Positions 12,635 to 25,800 of a stretch of DNA of 64,000 bases are shown one piece after another; position 1 is the stretch's first letter, and each line of letters opens with the position of its first letter. The translations under genes were made by a program, and so were the position numbers. The notes beneath the pieces were generated by a model. It was not told the DNA's origin and did no database searches. It was given only the letters and a program-made list of their open reading frames with translations. This DNA comes from Camelus ferus (lineage: Eukaryota): assembly GCF_009834535.1 (NCBI RefSeq), contig NC_045697.1, positions 19,780,001-19,844,000 on the forward strand. The letters run 5' to 3'.

Positions 12635-12767
12635 TTTTAAAAAAATATTTGGGTGGGGACATAATTAGGTTTACTCATTTGTTTATTTTTAGAGGAGGTA
12701 CTGGGGATTGAAACCGGGACCTTGTATATGCTAAACATGTGCTCTACCACTTGAGCTATACCTCCCC
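12635..12767 (-). mobile_element. Camelid tRNA-derived SINE (Vic-1 type)
   Basis: Same family as 11761-11903; flanked by a 13-bp TSD with 2 mismatches, TGTAATAGATTCT (12622-12634) / TGCAATGGATTCT (12770-12782). Confidence 0.9.
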
Positions 12768-13507
12768 TTTGCAATGGATTCTCAATTGTTGTCCTTGACT
12801 CTTTAATGTTCCCACTGCTTCCAGAACTATCTTATAAAAAAATAGTTTGACTCCTCCTTGGTGCTACCCAAGGTTCCAGAGGAAACAAAGCAAGTATCAT
12901 GTTTCTGGGGAATTATGCTGAGCAGAGTTGCCTGGGGCCTTCGTGAATCATAGACAGCCTTTTCATGGTAGCACAAAATAACCAAATCCAAGAAGGATTC
13001 CACATCCCTTTTCAGGAAAGAATATCCAGGAGTGGTTTTGAGCCATTGGTCAAAGGTGTGTAAAGAAGGTTTAAGTGAGGCAGCACATCATGCATTCAAA
13101 TGCTGGGCTATACTGATACTTACATGATGGATTCATACAAGTGTATTAGAGCTAGTGCTGTGAACAGTGTGGGGTACAAGGCACCCACTTGTAGATAAAA
13201 GGGAGGGTATAGCAAGGTGGAACATACAAGGCTCAGATGCGCTGATAAGATCGTGTCTCATCTGCCACAAATACCCGCCATGCTGATTCATTGCTTATGA
13301 AACATATCTCGTCAAACACTGTATCATGATGAACACATGTATTTGCATTTTTATATGGTTAGCTTCTACTCTCATCTTAGATACACCATTTAGTAACTAA
13401 CACCCTTGGAGAAGTTGCTTTAGGTCTCTAGGTCTATTTCTTTATCTACAAAATAATAAGGTCATTCTTGCAATGTTGTTCTGAAAAATAGTTAATTAAA
13501 ATTGCCT

Positions 13508-14250
13508 ACATGAACACCACTTCATACACATTAGGATGTCTATTATGCAACAAACAGACAGTAACACATGTTAGTGATGATTGGAAACCTTGGTGGGAAT
13601 GTAGAATGGTGCCGCCACTATGGAAAAGAGTATGGTGTTTTCTCAAAAAAAAAAAAAAAAAAAAAGAACAAAAGGATTACCATTACCATATGATCCAGTA
13701 GTTTCACTTCCGGGTGTATAAGTGAAAGAAATGAATGCAAGGACTTGAAGAGATATTTGTAAACTTATCTTTATAGCAGCATTATTTACAACAGGCAAAA
13801 GATGAAAGCAACCCATGTGTCCATCAACAGAGGAATGGATGAACAAAATGTAGTGTTTACATACAATGGAATATTATTTAGTCTTAGAAAGGAATGGAAT
13901 ACTGACACATGTTACAACATGGAGTGACTCAAAGACATTATGCTGAGTGAAATAAGTCTGTCACATAAAGACAAATACTCTATGATCCCACTTTTTTGAG
14001 GTACGCAGATTAATCAAATTCATAGAGACAGAAAGTAGAATGATAGTTTCAAGGACTGGGGAAATGGAAGATTGAGAAGTTTTTGCTTAATAGAATGAAG
14101 CTTCAGTTTGGGGAGATGAAAAATATTCTGGAGGGATGGTGGTAAGAGTTGCCAAACAAGGTATATATATTTAATGCCACTGAACTATATACTTAAAAAT
14201 GATTAATTTGGTGTATTTTATGTTATGTATATCTTACTAAAATAAAAATA
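13508..14250 (+). mobile_element. L1 3' end (L1MB/L1MA-like)
   Basis: End of ORF2 and 3' UTR motifs: GGTGGGAATGTAGAATGGTG, TACCATATGATCCAG, ATGTGTCCATCAACAGAGGAATGGAT, TTAATGCCACTGAACT. Confidence 0.9.
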
Positions 14251-15370
14251 TAGGCTGTATGTAATACACATAAATCTCTCTGAAATAAGACCCTCCTGGT
14301 TCAGACGCTGTCCTTACACACCCTACTCGTCCCCTTGGCTTCTGCCATTCTACTCTATACCCCATTCCCTGGATGGGCGATGTATATTCATAGCTGTGTA
14401 CGTTCCCTCATACTTTTTTTCCCACTTGGCTGTATTTATGATCTCGTTTCAATTATTGAAATCTACTTTACTTTAAGGTCCCATGTCCCCAGTGAACCAT
14501 TTCCAGATACCCCTGTTTAGAATCAGTCAGTTACTCCTTCACCTGTACCCTGTGCCATGCTTACTTATACCCTGATTTGCACGGCATTTATTGTCCTTCT
14601 GTTATAGATGGTTGTTGGCATTTGGTGTCCTCCGTCCCAGGATCAGCTCCCGGAATGCAGGGTGTCTGATTTCTCCATCCTTCCCTTCTTGTGCCTAGTC
14701 ATTCCATAACTATTCCACCTGAAATGGGAGCCTCCCTGATAACCCTTGAGATTGGTTCTTGCTTCCTTTTGCTTTGTAAGAGACAGGTTAAACTCAACAG
14801 TAATTAAAGGGAATTTTTCTCTGTTTAAAAATAGTTTCAGAAAGGTTCTGCAGTTTAATGTATATGAAGATTTTTATTGTCCTCTACTTTCTCTTTAGCG
14901 GCTAGACTTTAATACTATTTACATGAGTGTGACTTAAAGGACTAAGGGTTGATCTTGTATTTTCAATTTGGAAAAAAAAGGAGATAATAATATTTCAGTT
15001 TTTGTATTTGTAAGAATTCACAGAGAACAATTTTTTCTCAAGTATACTAGCTAATGTTGATAGAGTAAGTGGCAGCTATAGAACAGGCAAGCTATTAAAA
15101 CATCAAAATTTAAGGTGAACAACACCACTTAACTGGTCTCATTGTTACATAAATTGGAAATCCTATAGAGCTAATGATGCATGGCAGAGACACAGGCTTT
15201 TTCTCATATTGCTCTGCATACTCTTAATTATCCTCTGCAAGTTAACTGTACCCTGAAGGAGTAAGCTACATTGTCTTTAACAGTGTTGGCTCCTGAATCT
15301 TACACCTGGCATCATTTTGGTTCTAGGCATACAGAACCACTGGGTTTCTTTCATTACGAAGTGCTTTGAA

Positions 15371-15505
15371 TATATAAAATAAATAAACAACAAGGACCTA
15401 CTGTATAGCACAGGGAAATATATTCAGTTTCTTGTAATAACATATAATGGAAAAGAATCTGAAAAGAAAAAAATCTATATATCAATTACACTTCCATAAA
15501 AAATT
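15371..15505 (+). mobile_element. Short 5'-truncated artiodactyl L1 3' UTR
   Basis: AACAACAAGGACCTACTGTATAGCACAGGGAA...TATAATGGAAAAGAATCTGAAAA, typical of the cetartiodactyl L1 tail. Confidence 0.85.
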
Positions 15506-17911
15506 TTTAAATGGATAACAAATAATTTTTAAAAAGCTTTAAAGAAATTGCATCAACTAAAGGGTAGGTCATGATGTCCATTTAGAAATTTCTCTACCCC
15601 TGTCTGAACCCAAAGTTCTGGGGAACTCTAACTCAGCCTTGAGTAGCTTCCTCTTAAAGAACAAATGAACCAGTCGAGGACTGGGAGTTGCCAATTCCAT
15701 AGTGCCTTCCTTACTAAATAGGCATACAGGCAGAATATTTCTTCTTTCTGTCTTGATTTTATTGCTGTAATAACTACTCATGCTATTTGTCACATTCCTT
15801 TTTTCTTTTTTTCTTGGGTGCGTTTCTGGTGTCTTCTCATCCTCTGGAAGAGGTCCATGTATTGGAAGAAGTGCCCTCTCTACCCACCCAGCACTGAGTC
15901 AGTAATTCTGTACAGCATGTTGTGGGGCCCATTAGTGACTGGGTATCGCAGAGCCTCCAAGCCTCATGCCTCAGACTGACACAGACTGTTAAAGATCCTT
16001 CACAATGCACTCAAGCCACGAAGGGAAAAGGACGACTCTTTTTCAGGCAATCCATGATTCAATATTGACAGGAGCATTAGAAGAAATTTCAGATTGCCTC
16101 TTTCTGCTGGCTAGAAAGTCCTGTAATTGTGGCAGGCAGGGGGCAGAACGCCTTTGGTGGCTGACAGTGAAAATACTTGATCCGAGCTCTCAAAGCTTTT
16201 GTAGATGTTTCTACCCAGAGAAGAGCACAAGGGCTGCATTAGTTGAGTCCTTGAGATGCAATTGAGGAGGCAATGCTATTTTCCTTCTGGCTGAGAGTAA
16301 TGGCAGAGCCTCTTTGCAACAAATGATCATAAATTGCCCGCGTGTCTCCGAGGCAATGAAAGGGCTTGCATGTTAGAGCTAATGCAAGCTGCTCTCTCAC
16401 TTTGAGTAGTGCTTGCTCTTGGGAAGAAATGGCGGCCTGAGGATACAGCTACCAGGACATGTCTGTATGCCTCAAGTAAATGCGATTGAGAGGGAAAGTC
16501 TTTCAGCTCTTAAGTTACTTGAAAAACAGAGTCTCAAACCTCAATAATCAAATCAAGAGGGAACCGAAGCCAGATAACTCAGATCAAATGAAACTGGGAA
16601 ATAAGAAAGGGCGAGAGTAAACAAGATCCCCAGCCAGGGGTAAGCCTGACTGTCAGCTCTGTCTCATATCCATTTTTTGGTTTTTGTTTTTGTTTAAAAT
16701 TCTGTATGAGAATACGTGAGTAATGTTATAAAAAGTGATATCAAAAAGCTTGCATGTATTTCAAGTTTAAATTCAGAGAAAAGTTCTTGTTCAGGGCTGC
16801 TTGAGGCCATTTTGGCCAATTTTGTAATGATTGTGGTGCACAATCTAGGTCATCTTTAAACTTCCTGAGCTTCAGTGTTTCCTAGTCCTTTGCAGATCAT
16901 TTTATGATTAAATTTCAAATGTACAGACACAGTAAGTGACTTCTGATGGACTTCGATTATGCTCATACCTGTGCTTAAAATTTTTCCTTAGAAGCCCTGG
17001 AGTGTCATATGTGTTTCTAGTATGCCTCTATGAGGACTGAATCAGCAAAACACAGACGGGATTTTGCTACCTGGCCATCCTATGCTGTTTCTCTCTCTCT
17101 CTCTTTTTTTTTTTCACTTTGAAAGCCTAATTGTGTTTATTTATTGAAATGATTCCCATATAGAAATGGAATAACCTAAATTTTAAAGTAAAAGTATTCA
17201 GCCAAAGGGAACTATTCAGAAAAAGATACATTTATAGATAATTTTTATTAAGCTACTTTTTGACATGCTGATAATGATATTGGTGCTGATGATGGTGCGT
17301 GTCACCTGGGAGGTGTTTTCTAGTTGCAGGAGAGTCTGCTAGTTGTATCACGGATTATCTCATTTAATTTCCTCAGCATCCTTATCATGATGATTACTCA
17401 TATTCATTGAAGAAACTGAGTCTCAGAGAGGATAACTGAGGTCATACAAAGAGTATATGGGAGATAATGGCCTTTAATCCATATAATTCTAATTCCCAAG
17501 GCAAAACACCAGCAAGGAAGGAATGGGGTAACTGAAAAGGCACTAGGGGTTTTGTTTAGAGATTCGGAATGAAGTTTGCACTCTCATTTCCCAGTTTCAT
17601 TTGCTTTTGAGATCCAGCGTCTGGTCCTCCTAATTATAGAGGGAACAGCCATCTTATTTGCTAAAACACCACTTTTAATCATCAGCCATGTAGGCTAAGT
17701 GCTGTTGACTCAGCTCCCAGCTGCAGGTGTTCAGCCCCAGTTGGCTTACATAAGCATTTTCCTGGTTCTAAAGATGGGTCAGATATTTGCCGGAACTTCA
17801 AGTTAAGGAGTCAGTCTCTCTCTTCCTTTTCCTGCAAGAACTACCAAAACATACATTGCTATTCATTGGATTGTGTGATGTGTGGAAATATGAGGAAAAT
17901 TAAAGCAACGA

Positions 17912-18404
17912 TGTGGAAGAATGAATCAAAACTCCCTGTACCCATGTTTTCTGACAGTGTAACTTTCCCACACCTCTCATCAAGAGATGGAAGTTCTTCC
18001 CTCACCTTGTGAGTCTAGGCTGGTTTTCTAACTTGCTTTGACCAACGTAAGATGAAAGAAATGACACTGTGAGACTCTAAAACAGCCTTTGTGGCTTCCA
18101 TTTTTCCTTTTTTGGAACTCTGCCCAAGACTACCACATGAGGAAGCCAGTTTAGTTGCTGGAGGATGATTAAACAAGGAAGAGGTCCATGGTGTTCAAGA
18201 TAACAGCCAACTTCAGTGGTCAGACCTGTAAGTCAGGCCAGCTTGGACCTTCCAATTCACCTGACCTTTATCTTAATGAAGCTACATGTGCGAATGCAGT
18301 GGAGCAACCATAGTCAGCCAATATTACTGTGAGAGAGGGCAGATCATGGTCTCGTAAGCCACTTAGTTTTATGGTGGTTTATTAAGCAACAGTTAAACAA
18401 TTCA
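17912..18404 (+). mobile_element. MaLR LTR (MLT1G/H-like)
   Basis: CCTCTCATCAAGAGATGGA...ACTTGCTTTGACCAA...TAAGCCACTTAGTTTTATGGTGGTTT. Confidence 0.75.
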
Positions 18405-19879
18405 GTCACTGGGACTAGTGAATTGAATGGCCCAGGGACAGTGATTACAAGGGGAAAAAAATGGGATTCTTGCTGTTCTCATGAGAGTTGTTAAATCAAG
18501 TGTCTCATAAAGTCTGCCCACATCTACACTTAGCATTTATGAGAGCCTACCCCTCACCCAGAATTCCCTCTCTACCATTTTTTCTTTTTTTTTCTGCAGG
18601 AGCTGGGATGGGGGATGGTTTTAGTCAGTTACGTTTCATTAAGCTGCAATACAGAGTAATTAATATATTATCTTAGTCAACATACTTTGCTGTTGTCTAA
18701 TTCTTATCATCTCTGGGTCTGTTCACCATGTAAGGGATTAATAGAAATATTGTTATGAAAAGTAAAATTTTAAAGTCAAGATTATCTAAAGTTTGAGTAG
18801 AGTAAAGCTTTAGTAGCTTTAATATATTTTTCCTTTGTTCATTTCTGAAATGAATAATCCCTTAACTAACTCAACTAAAACTGGCCCTGGAGCAGACTTA
18901 TGTTATTCTTTAAAATAACCTGGTAAACAAGATTTTCTGGTTATAAAGCTGGAATTCTGAAATAGGTGATTGCATCTGCTCTTTTGCTGAGTGAGAAGAA
19001 AAGACATAGTTTTCAATCTGAAGTTAGAGGTCAGTTCTTCACCCACATAATGGGGCAGATCCAATATCAAGTAAAACGGGGGGCAGAAAATAAAACACAT
19101 ACTTAAAAATTGCATTAATTGTTGATATGTATATTTCTGATATAGGATTAAAATGATTTTTGGAAATCTCTAAGCCTCTAGGCTACATTAGTTAGATTGT
19201 CTTTGACACTGGCTCTGGGCTTTCAGTGAGTCCTTGTTTCTGGCTATTGGCTTCTAAAGTACCCCACTTGCAAAAATATCTCACTAACTATGACCTCAGT
19301 TATAAGGATAACATAACCTGGGTATTAAAAATGATGATTAATTATCTGTACAAATGTTTGCTTCCATAACTAAACTGAATAAAGCGATGTTATGAAGACT
19401 TAAAGTTTAGTTGTATTTGTAAGAAATAATCAGAATTGAGTGTGGTATAAATCTCATTCAGCCCTCTGATTAAAAGGTTCTGAGAGCCGTTCATTTACTT
19501 GTAAAATTTATTGAGTACCTACAATATCTCAGGCCTTGTGCTGAAAGGAATGAGAAATGGTACATTTTCTCAGGAAGCTCACAATCTCAGGGATGAGCCA
19601 GGCAGTTTTTCAGGCTGTAACATAAAGTGACTCAGGATAATGAGAAGTGGTTGACAATGCTGGACAAAGAGACAGAGCTAATTGAGTATCCTCTTCAAAA
19701 GAAAACGCCGGCCAAGGTGCCCAGACTTGTCACTTTAGTTTGTGGAGCACTTCATTCACACTGTCTGTGTTTTGGCACTCAGGCAAAGACCTATTCGGGG
19801 ACCGAGGCACTTAATGAGGGAGAGTCATCAGTGCAGGTCAGACCTGGATCTTCTCTCCTCCCAGTCGCCTGTATTTGCT

Positions 19880-20210
19880 GACCTTCTTTTAAGTGGGTGT
19901 GACAGAGTGATGACTTCCAGGCCATAAATTATGAACGGTATATCTTATGGCACTTTGGTGTGGAGCTTCTAACTTACAGAACAAATCTCTGCAGAGCGTT
20001 CTCCCTTCTCTCTGCCACTGCAATCAGCAATGTTCAAGATGGCGGCTGCTGTGGTTCATAGTGATCAGATGTGCGGAGCCCCCCCCCCGCTGATTCGCAG
20101 TGGACATACAGAAGGAGCATGGCAGCTCGCTACCTTTCTCACTGTGAGTCACTGAGTTTTTCGTGGTGTTTATTACTAGAATGTTAAACAGTGCATCCTG
20201 ACTGAATGAA
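19880..20210 (+). mobile_element. Ancient MaLR LTR (MLT1I/J/K-like)
   Basis: CTCTGCCACTGCAATCAGCAATGTTCAAGATGGCGGCTGCT...TGGACAT...CACTGAGTTTT...ATCCTGACTGAAT. Confidence 0.65.
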
Positions 20211-22696
20211 ACGTTTTTCTGCATACTTTTATAATAGTTTACTTATGTGAATTGACTAACCAAGCAAAATAAAGGAGGAGTTATGGAGTGCTTACTCCAA
20301 ACACCCATCCCTATTTTTTGTTTTTTTTAAGACTTGTCGAAACACCAATTCCTGTACTGTGAACTCCTTCTGACCAGGTCCTCAAAGTGACACAATGCAT
20401 ATACATGGATAGCTTGCATGCATATACATTCATACATACATTGAAAAAGAAGATTTTTTAAATTTAATACACAATTGTTTAAATAATGAACTTTGAGATA
20501 TTTATGAGATGTTTGCTGGTTGGACAACACTTGGTGTCATTATTGTTTTAAATACAGACATTAAACAAAGCTTATTTTAGGACTCAAGGAAATTCTGTTT
20601 ACCTCACTTAAGGCATTTAGTGAATACTTGTAGATCTTATAAAGAAAACCAAAGAACAGGAGAACCGAAGCATAGGAGATACCATTGAACAAAATAAGTT
20701 AGGGGTGGGTATACCAGCTTCCTACCAGACATGTTGTATGGCTTTCTGGAAAGTGTTTTGACTGTGTACCCACCACCCCCTATTCTCCAGAGATTTTTTT
20801 CTGTGGAGAAAGATTTTATTTCTAATATAAGCTCCAATCCGAGAGCTTCTCTACTTCTGAAAGTTTGTGGCACTCTGTTTACGTAAAGATGCTTTAGTGA
20901 TGTTATAAAATGCTATAGCTTCACATTATACTTATCTGTCATTAATCCTTCTTGGGCTGGCGATGGGATAAGATTCTTTCCCTGAGGGTGCAACTTGAAG
21001 TTTCTGCAGTGTTCATGTAAAATACGATTTGACAACGAAATGTAGCTTCAAGAATGAAAAATGATGACTATCCTAAAGGTCTCTTTAAGTAGAGAAACTA
21101 AAATAAGCATTCCATGTATAGGAAAATTAAGTTTTAAGAGGCTCAACTCCCACAACATGAGCTACTTCTTGAGAATATATAAGACACTTTAGAAGCTATA
21201 TTAATTCTTTCAAGATAAATTATTATCTCTTAGCATTAGTGCCCCAAGAGGCCACATTTTTTCCTACTTATTTCAAACTAAATATACAGTTAGTGGAATA
21301 GTTAGGGGCACAGATCTAAAGGAAACCTAGAATGAGATTTTTCCACCATTTATTTTCCTTGTTGAATGTAGACACTGAAGTGTTCGTGGTTGTTAATTTC
21401 ACTATCTGTGTGGTTCACTTACAGCATTTCTGTTGTTTAATGATAATGTAGCAAACTCAACCTTTCAGTAGTGTTTGGTGTACATTTATGAAGTGCCTGA
21501 CTTGATCCCGTTTGTGACACTGAGATGGCCATGATGAATAAACTGTGACCCTTCACTTGAAGAATGCAGTCTAGTCGGGCACAATTACATTAACAGGGGC
21601 TTTTGGAGCAGGGCAGAAAGGCAGTGGTTGTGCCAGATTAATTTTCCGTATATTTTTCTGAGCAGGCATTACCTCCTCTGCTTTTAACGGTGGAGGTATG
21701 TGCATAGTTTTTAGTACTCTTGCAGAGAATGAATTGGAATTTCACAAGTCCAGCGACCAAAGGAAAAAGAAACAAATAAACAAACCAAAAAACCCGCAGA
21801 GAACTCAGATCTAGTACAAAGTAATTACCTTAACATTTATGTCTAAACTCATCTCTCTTTGTAGATGCACTTGAGTTGATTGGCACCTGACCTTTTTAAA
21901 AATTGTAAAAAACCAAAACAGTATGTGATGAAATAGTAACAACTTATATTCATTCTTACAGAAAAATATTAATCAGTATGGCTGGCATGACATAAATATC
22001 ATTAATGAATGATTCTGAAATGGGAAAACATAAAGTTTTGGAGCTTCTGTGCTTGTCTAGATGTCTTAAATCTCCGATTTGAACAAATTGTCATTTATAT
22101 CTTCCCAAGAACACATTACCTCTGCTATGTGAAAACCCATATGATCTGCACTGTCAGATTTCATTATTATTGTGACAGATACTTTAGCATATAAATCTTA
22201 AACTAATGAAAAAATGTCATCTTCTTTTTGGAGCTAAGTGTTCAAAGTGCATCAACTATTCGATTTGATAGACATTTTGTCAGAAAGCTTGGGAGGCATT
22301 ACATATTAAAAATACGTTGTATGTGAGACGTTTTATCATTCACATCCACCTCCACAGTGGCTAAACCACTTTGAGAACTAGACTTCCCCCCTAAAAAAAA
22401 TCTTTTACCTGTAGGAGTAGAACTCTAGAAACACAAAATGATTTTTCTGTGACCTTCACAGTATCCCGAAGAATTTTTTTTATTTACTGGTTTAATATCA
22501 AAACAGAAGAGTCATGTACCATCTTTCAAAGCTGAGGTCATGCCTTATAAATCTCTGATGCCATCACAAACATGGCATGTGGTCAACTAAACTAAGGAAT
22601 AACTGTGTCTTTGCTTGGCCTGTCCTTTTGGGTATTTTTTTTTTTTTAATGATAGTGACAATAATGCATCCTTAGGGCAAGGGAAACCTAGTGTAG

Positions 22697-22858
22697 TGTT
22701 TCTCAAAATACCATGTGAATAGGATCTCCCAAGAGTTTATTAAAATTGCGGATTCTCAGGCCACATCTTTAGTGATTCTGATTCAGAAGGTCTCTAGTGG
22801 AGTCTCCAGAAATAATTCTGATGTAGGCAGTTCAAAGAACACATTGGATAAAGAATGA
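22697..22858. mobile_element. MER5-like hAT-Charlie MITE
   Basis: TAGTGTTTCTCAAA...TTAAAATTGCGGATTCTCAGGCCAC...GATTCTGATTCAG...ATTCTGATGTAG. Confidence 0.7.
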
Positions 22859-25800
22859 CGCAGAATGTTCAGATTTATCACTATATGGTTAAAAAGTCTT
22901 AGGGGTGGCCTGAACTTCTGAAGTTATCTGAAATTAAATTTGCAACTGATTAAGACAAGAAAAAGTAAGGGAATGCATATTTATTTAGTTAATACCTTCT
23001 CCTTCAAAATGTATTATTATTACAATTATTTCTGAAGGGAAGAGTTGATCAAAGTTAAATGTCCAGAGATTGACAACATTCACTTTTACTTTTCAAGGTC
23101 ATTTTCTTAAAAACTGTTCTGCCATACAATAGAGCAGGACATTAGGGCTTCAGCTCTGCACCATTCCTGCTCCATATGTCTAAACATATATTACCCTAAA
23201 GTTTTATTTCCATGGCCTTTAGTGTCAGTGTAGGTAGCACTTTTCTCTCTTAAGGTACAGGCCAAACAGTTCTTTGATAATCCAGTAGGTGGTGTAATTT
23301 TCACAAAGGTCACAAACCCATTCTCCTGGTCTTCACTCAGCACACACTCAGCAGGATGAGCATTTGGGTCATTAATCTAAAAGATGAAAGCCATTTTTGT
23401 TGTTTTAGTCATTCCTAGTCATTTTAGTACAGGACAATGTATATCTTCTGATTCTATTCAAATGACTTTAAGGTGAAATATCCTCAAAAATACTCGCAAT
23501 GGAGGTAGCATCTTTAACCTAAGAAAGCCCTACGTTTAGCAGAATTTCACACTGCATTTCAAATAATATTAGTCCATACAGGTTTCCCTCTGAAAAATGG
23601 TTCCATGCTTAACTGGGAGACTGCATACCATACTGCTGCTTTTAAAGATTGACACAAAACATTAATCTATTCAAGATCTGGAGTTGCCTTAGGAATAAGA
23701 AAGTTCTTGAAAATAGTTTAACTCAGCATTTTCAAAATTAATTGTCTACAAAGCCGCCTTTTCATCCAATACCCACGATTGCATACAATAATCCATTATG
23801 TCCTATAGCTTTCTCCTCTGGCCAGCTTTGCCATATGTTTTGTTCTATTGGAATGTGGAGTCACAAGCCCATTCTCCTGGCCTTCACATAGTGAAACTTC
23901 AAAGAATGAGCATCTGGACCATATCAATGAAAGAAGACAGACATTTTCGTTTTTTAAAATCCCTCTAAGCCATGTTAGTACAGTGTAAATATGAGAACGC
24001 TGTTTTTGGAGAATTAGTTGTTCACATTCTCCCATCACATTCTTCCTATGTAAATTCAGACACCAAATCCAGTTGACTCAATTAAATACTAGAATCTTCC
24101 TTTCGAGTCGTGATGCTGCATCTCTGAACCATCACTTCTCATCTAAAACATCACAGTCTCCTTCTTGGTGGTCCCTGTGTCTGTATTTTGCTTCTATATG
24201 AATCTACTTATAGACGCTATTAATAGTGTCATATCCCTCTTTAAGTATATTTAATGTCTCCTCCTTGCATAAAGAATAAAATTCTGATTTCTTGGAATTT
24301 TTCTTAAAAGTACTCGTGACATCATCCCAGCTACCTTTCCTAACTGTGCTGCCTTTTACGTGTCTACATTCGTACTTTCTTGCATCTAAAATGTCAGATG
24401 TTCAGATACTCACCCCCTAAGTGGGCACCTGCAGGCACGTTATTCCAGGTGTCTCTTTTTTAACGGGAACTGGAGCTTTTTATCCTACCCTGTTCACCTG
24501 GTTGCACCCATGGAACTAAAGAGACCATCTTTCTTCAGTGTTTCTTTAATGTTTTAGAAAACTTGCTTGGATTATGGATGAGACCTTAAGCAAAATGGAC
24601 CAATGAGTATTTTCCCCAGGGAATCTGGAATTGAGGCTAAGAGACTCTAGTCCCAGTTTGGGCAATCTTTTAATGAAAGAGAAATAAATCCCAGAGTTCT
24701 GGAAAGCCATGTAGACAGGAAAACAAGGGAAGCCAGTCTTAAGGAAAGCATACAATGAAGCAGACACACAGGAAAAAACAGAAATATGAGGTAGAACAGC
24801 AAACCTTACAGTATTTAGCAACCTAATTCCAGTTTGTTCTTGAAATCTTACATCCTATAACTGTGTCTTCAAAATGTGATGTTTGTTCTGTAAGCAAGCT
24901 GGTATCAGTCTCAATACCTCTGCAACCAATAGATGAAGGACTACTATAAAATGAAAACCCACACACATCCACATATCCCACATTACTTCTCCTGTGCTGA
25001 GAATGTTTACCTCTCTGTACTTCCGCTTGTCAAAATCCGACCCATCATTTAAAACCTACCTCTTGCTTAAAGCCCACTGTAACCTGCCATGCACGGACAT
25101 TCACTCTATGTCCATGATATCCAAAATATTTTTATAATACATATCACTGCATTATATATATTTGAGTGTAAGACTATGTCAAAGTTACCTTGTATAACCT
25201 AATGCTTATACCTAACAGCTTGTTTTAAACAGAGGAGGCATTAATAATATTTTTGAATTGAATTGAAGAAGAAGTAAGACTCTGTAAATTCACCTATTTC
25301 CTCTATAGATATAAACCTCTTGATAGAAAATGCTAGCTCAGAATAAACTTCATATCAGCCGTGATGATCATTTCCTGGAGAGTACACTTGTTTTCCTATT
25401 GTCATCTCAGTGAATGCCTCGGTCCCAAAGATGATGAAGCTCTGATTGTCTATTTGTAACTCCCTAGGAAGGGTGAGAAATCACATCCAGATTGTTGGTA
25501 TAAATATGAGAAATAGCAGAGGCAGGTTTTTGCAAGGATCCCAGAGAATAGTGAGGGAGGGTGTCTGACGGCTGAATAGAGTTCCCAGCTGTGTTTGAAA
25601 TACACTTCCAATGCATAAGCGATAAATTGCTTTTGTATAACACCTTTAAAATGTATGCATAATGCAAAAGGGTAAAATCCAGTAGACACTGCAAGTTGAT
25701 AGATGAATAATTGTTAAATATGCTTTCAAAAGCTAAAGGTCACTTGAAATTATCATAAATGGTATTTAACATCTGAATTGATTTTTGACAGTTTAAGCAA

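Noticed and set aside
23240..23335. RanBP2-type zinc finger (minus strand RPGEWVCDLC...CLAC)
   Set aside because: Needs a frameshift, the spacing is 34 nt rather than 30, and the paralogous copy lacks the cysteines.
23820..23950. H/ACA snoRNA (ends ...GACATTT)
   Set aside because: No convincing two-hairpin fold or H box by eye; the other copy lacks the ACA.
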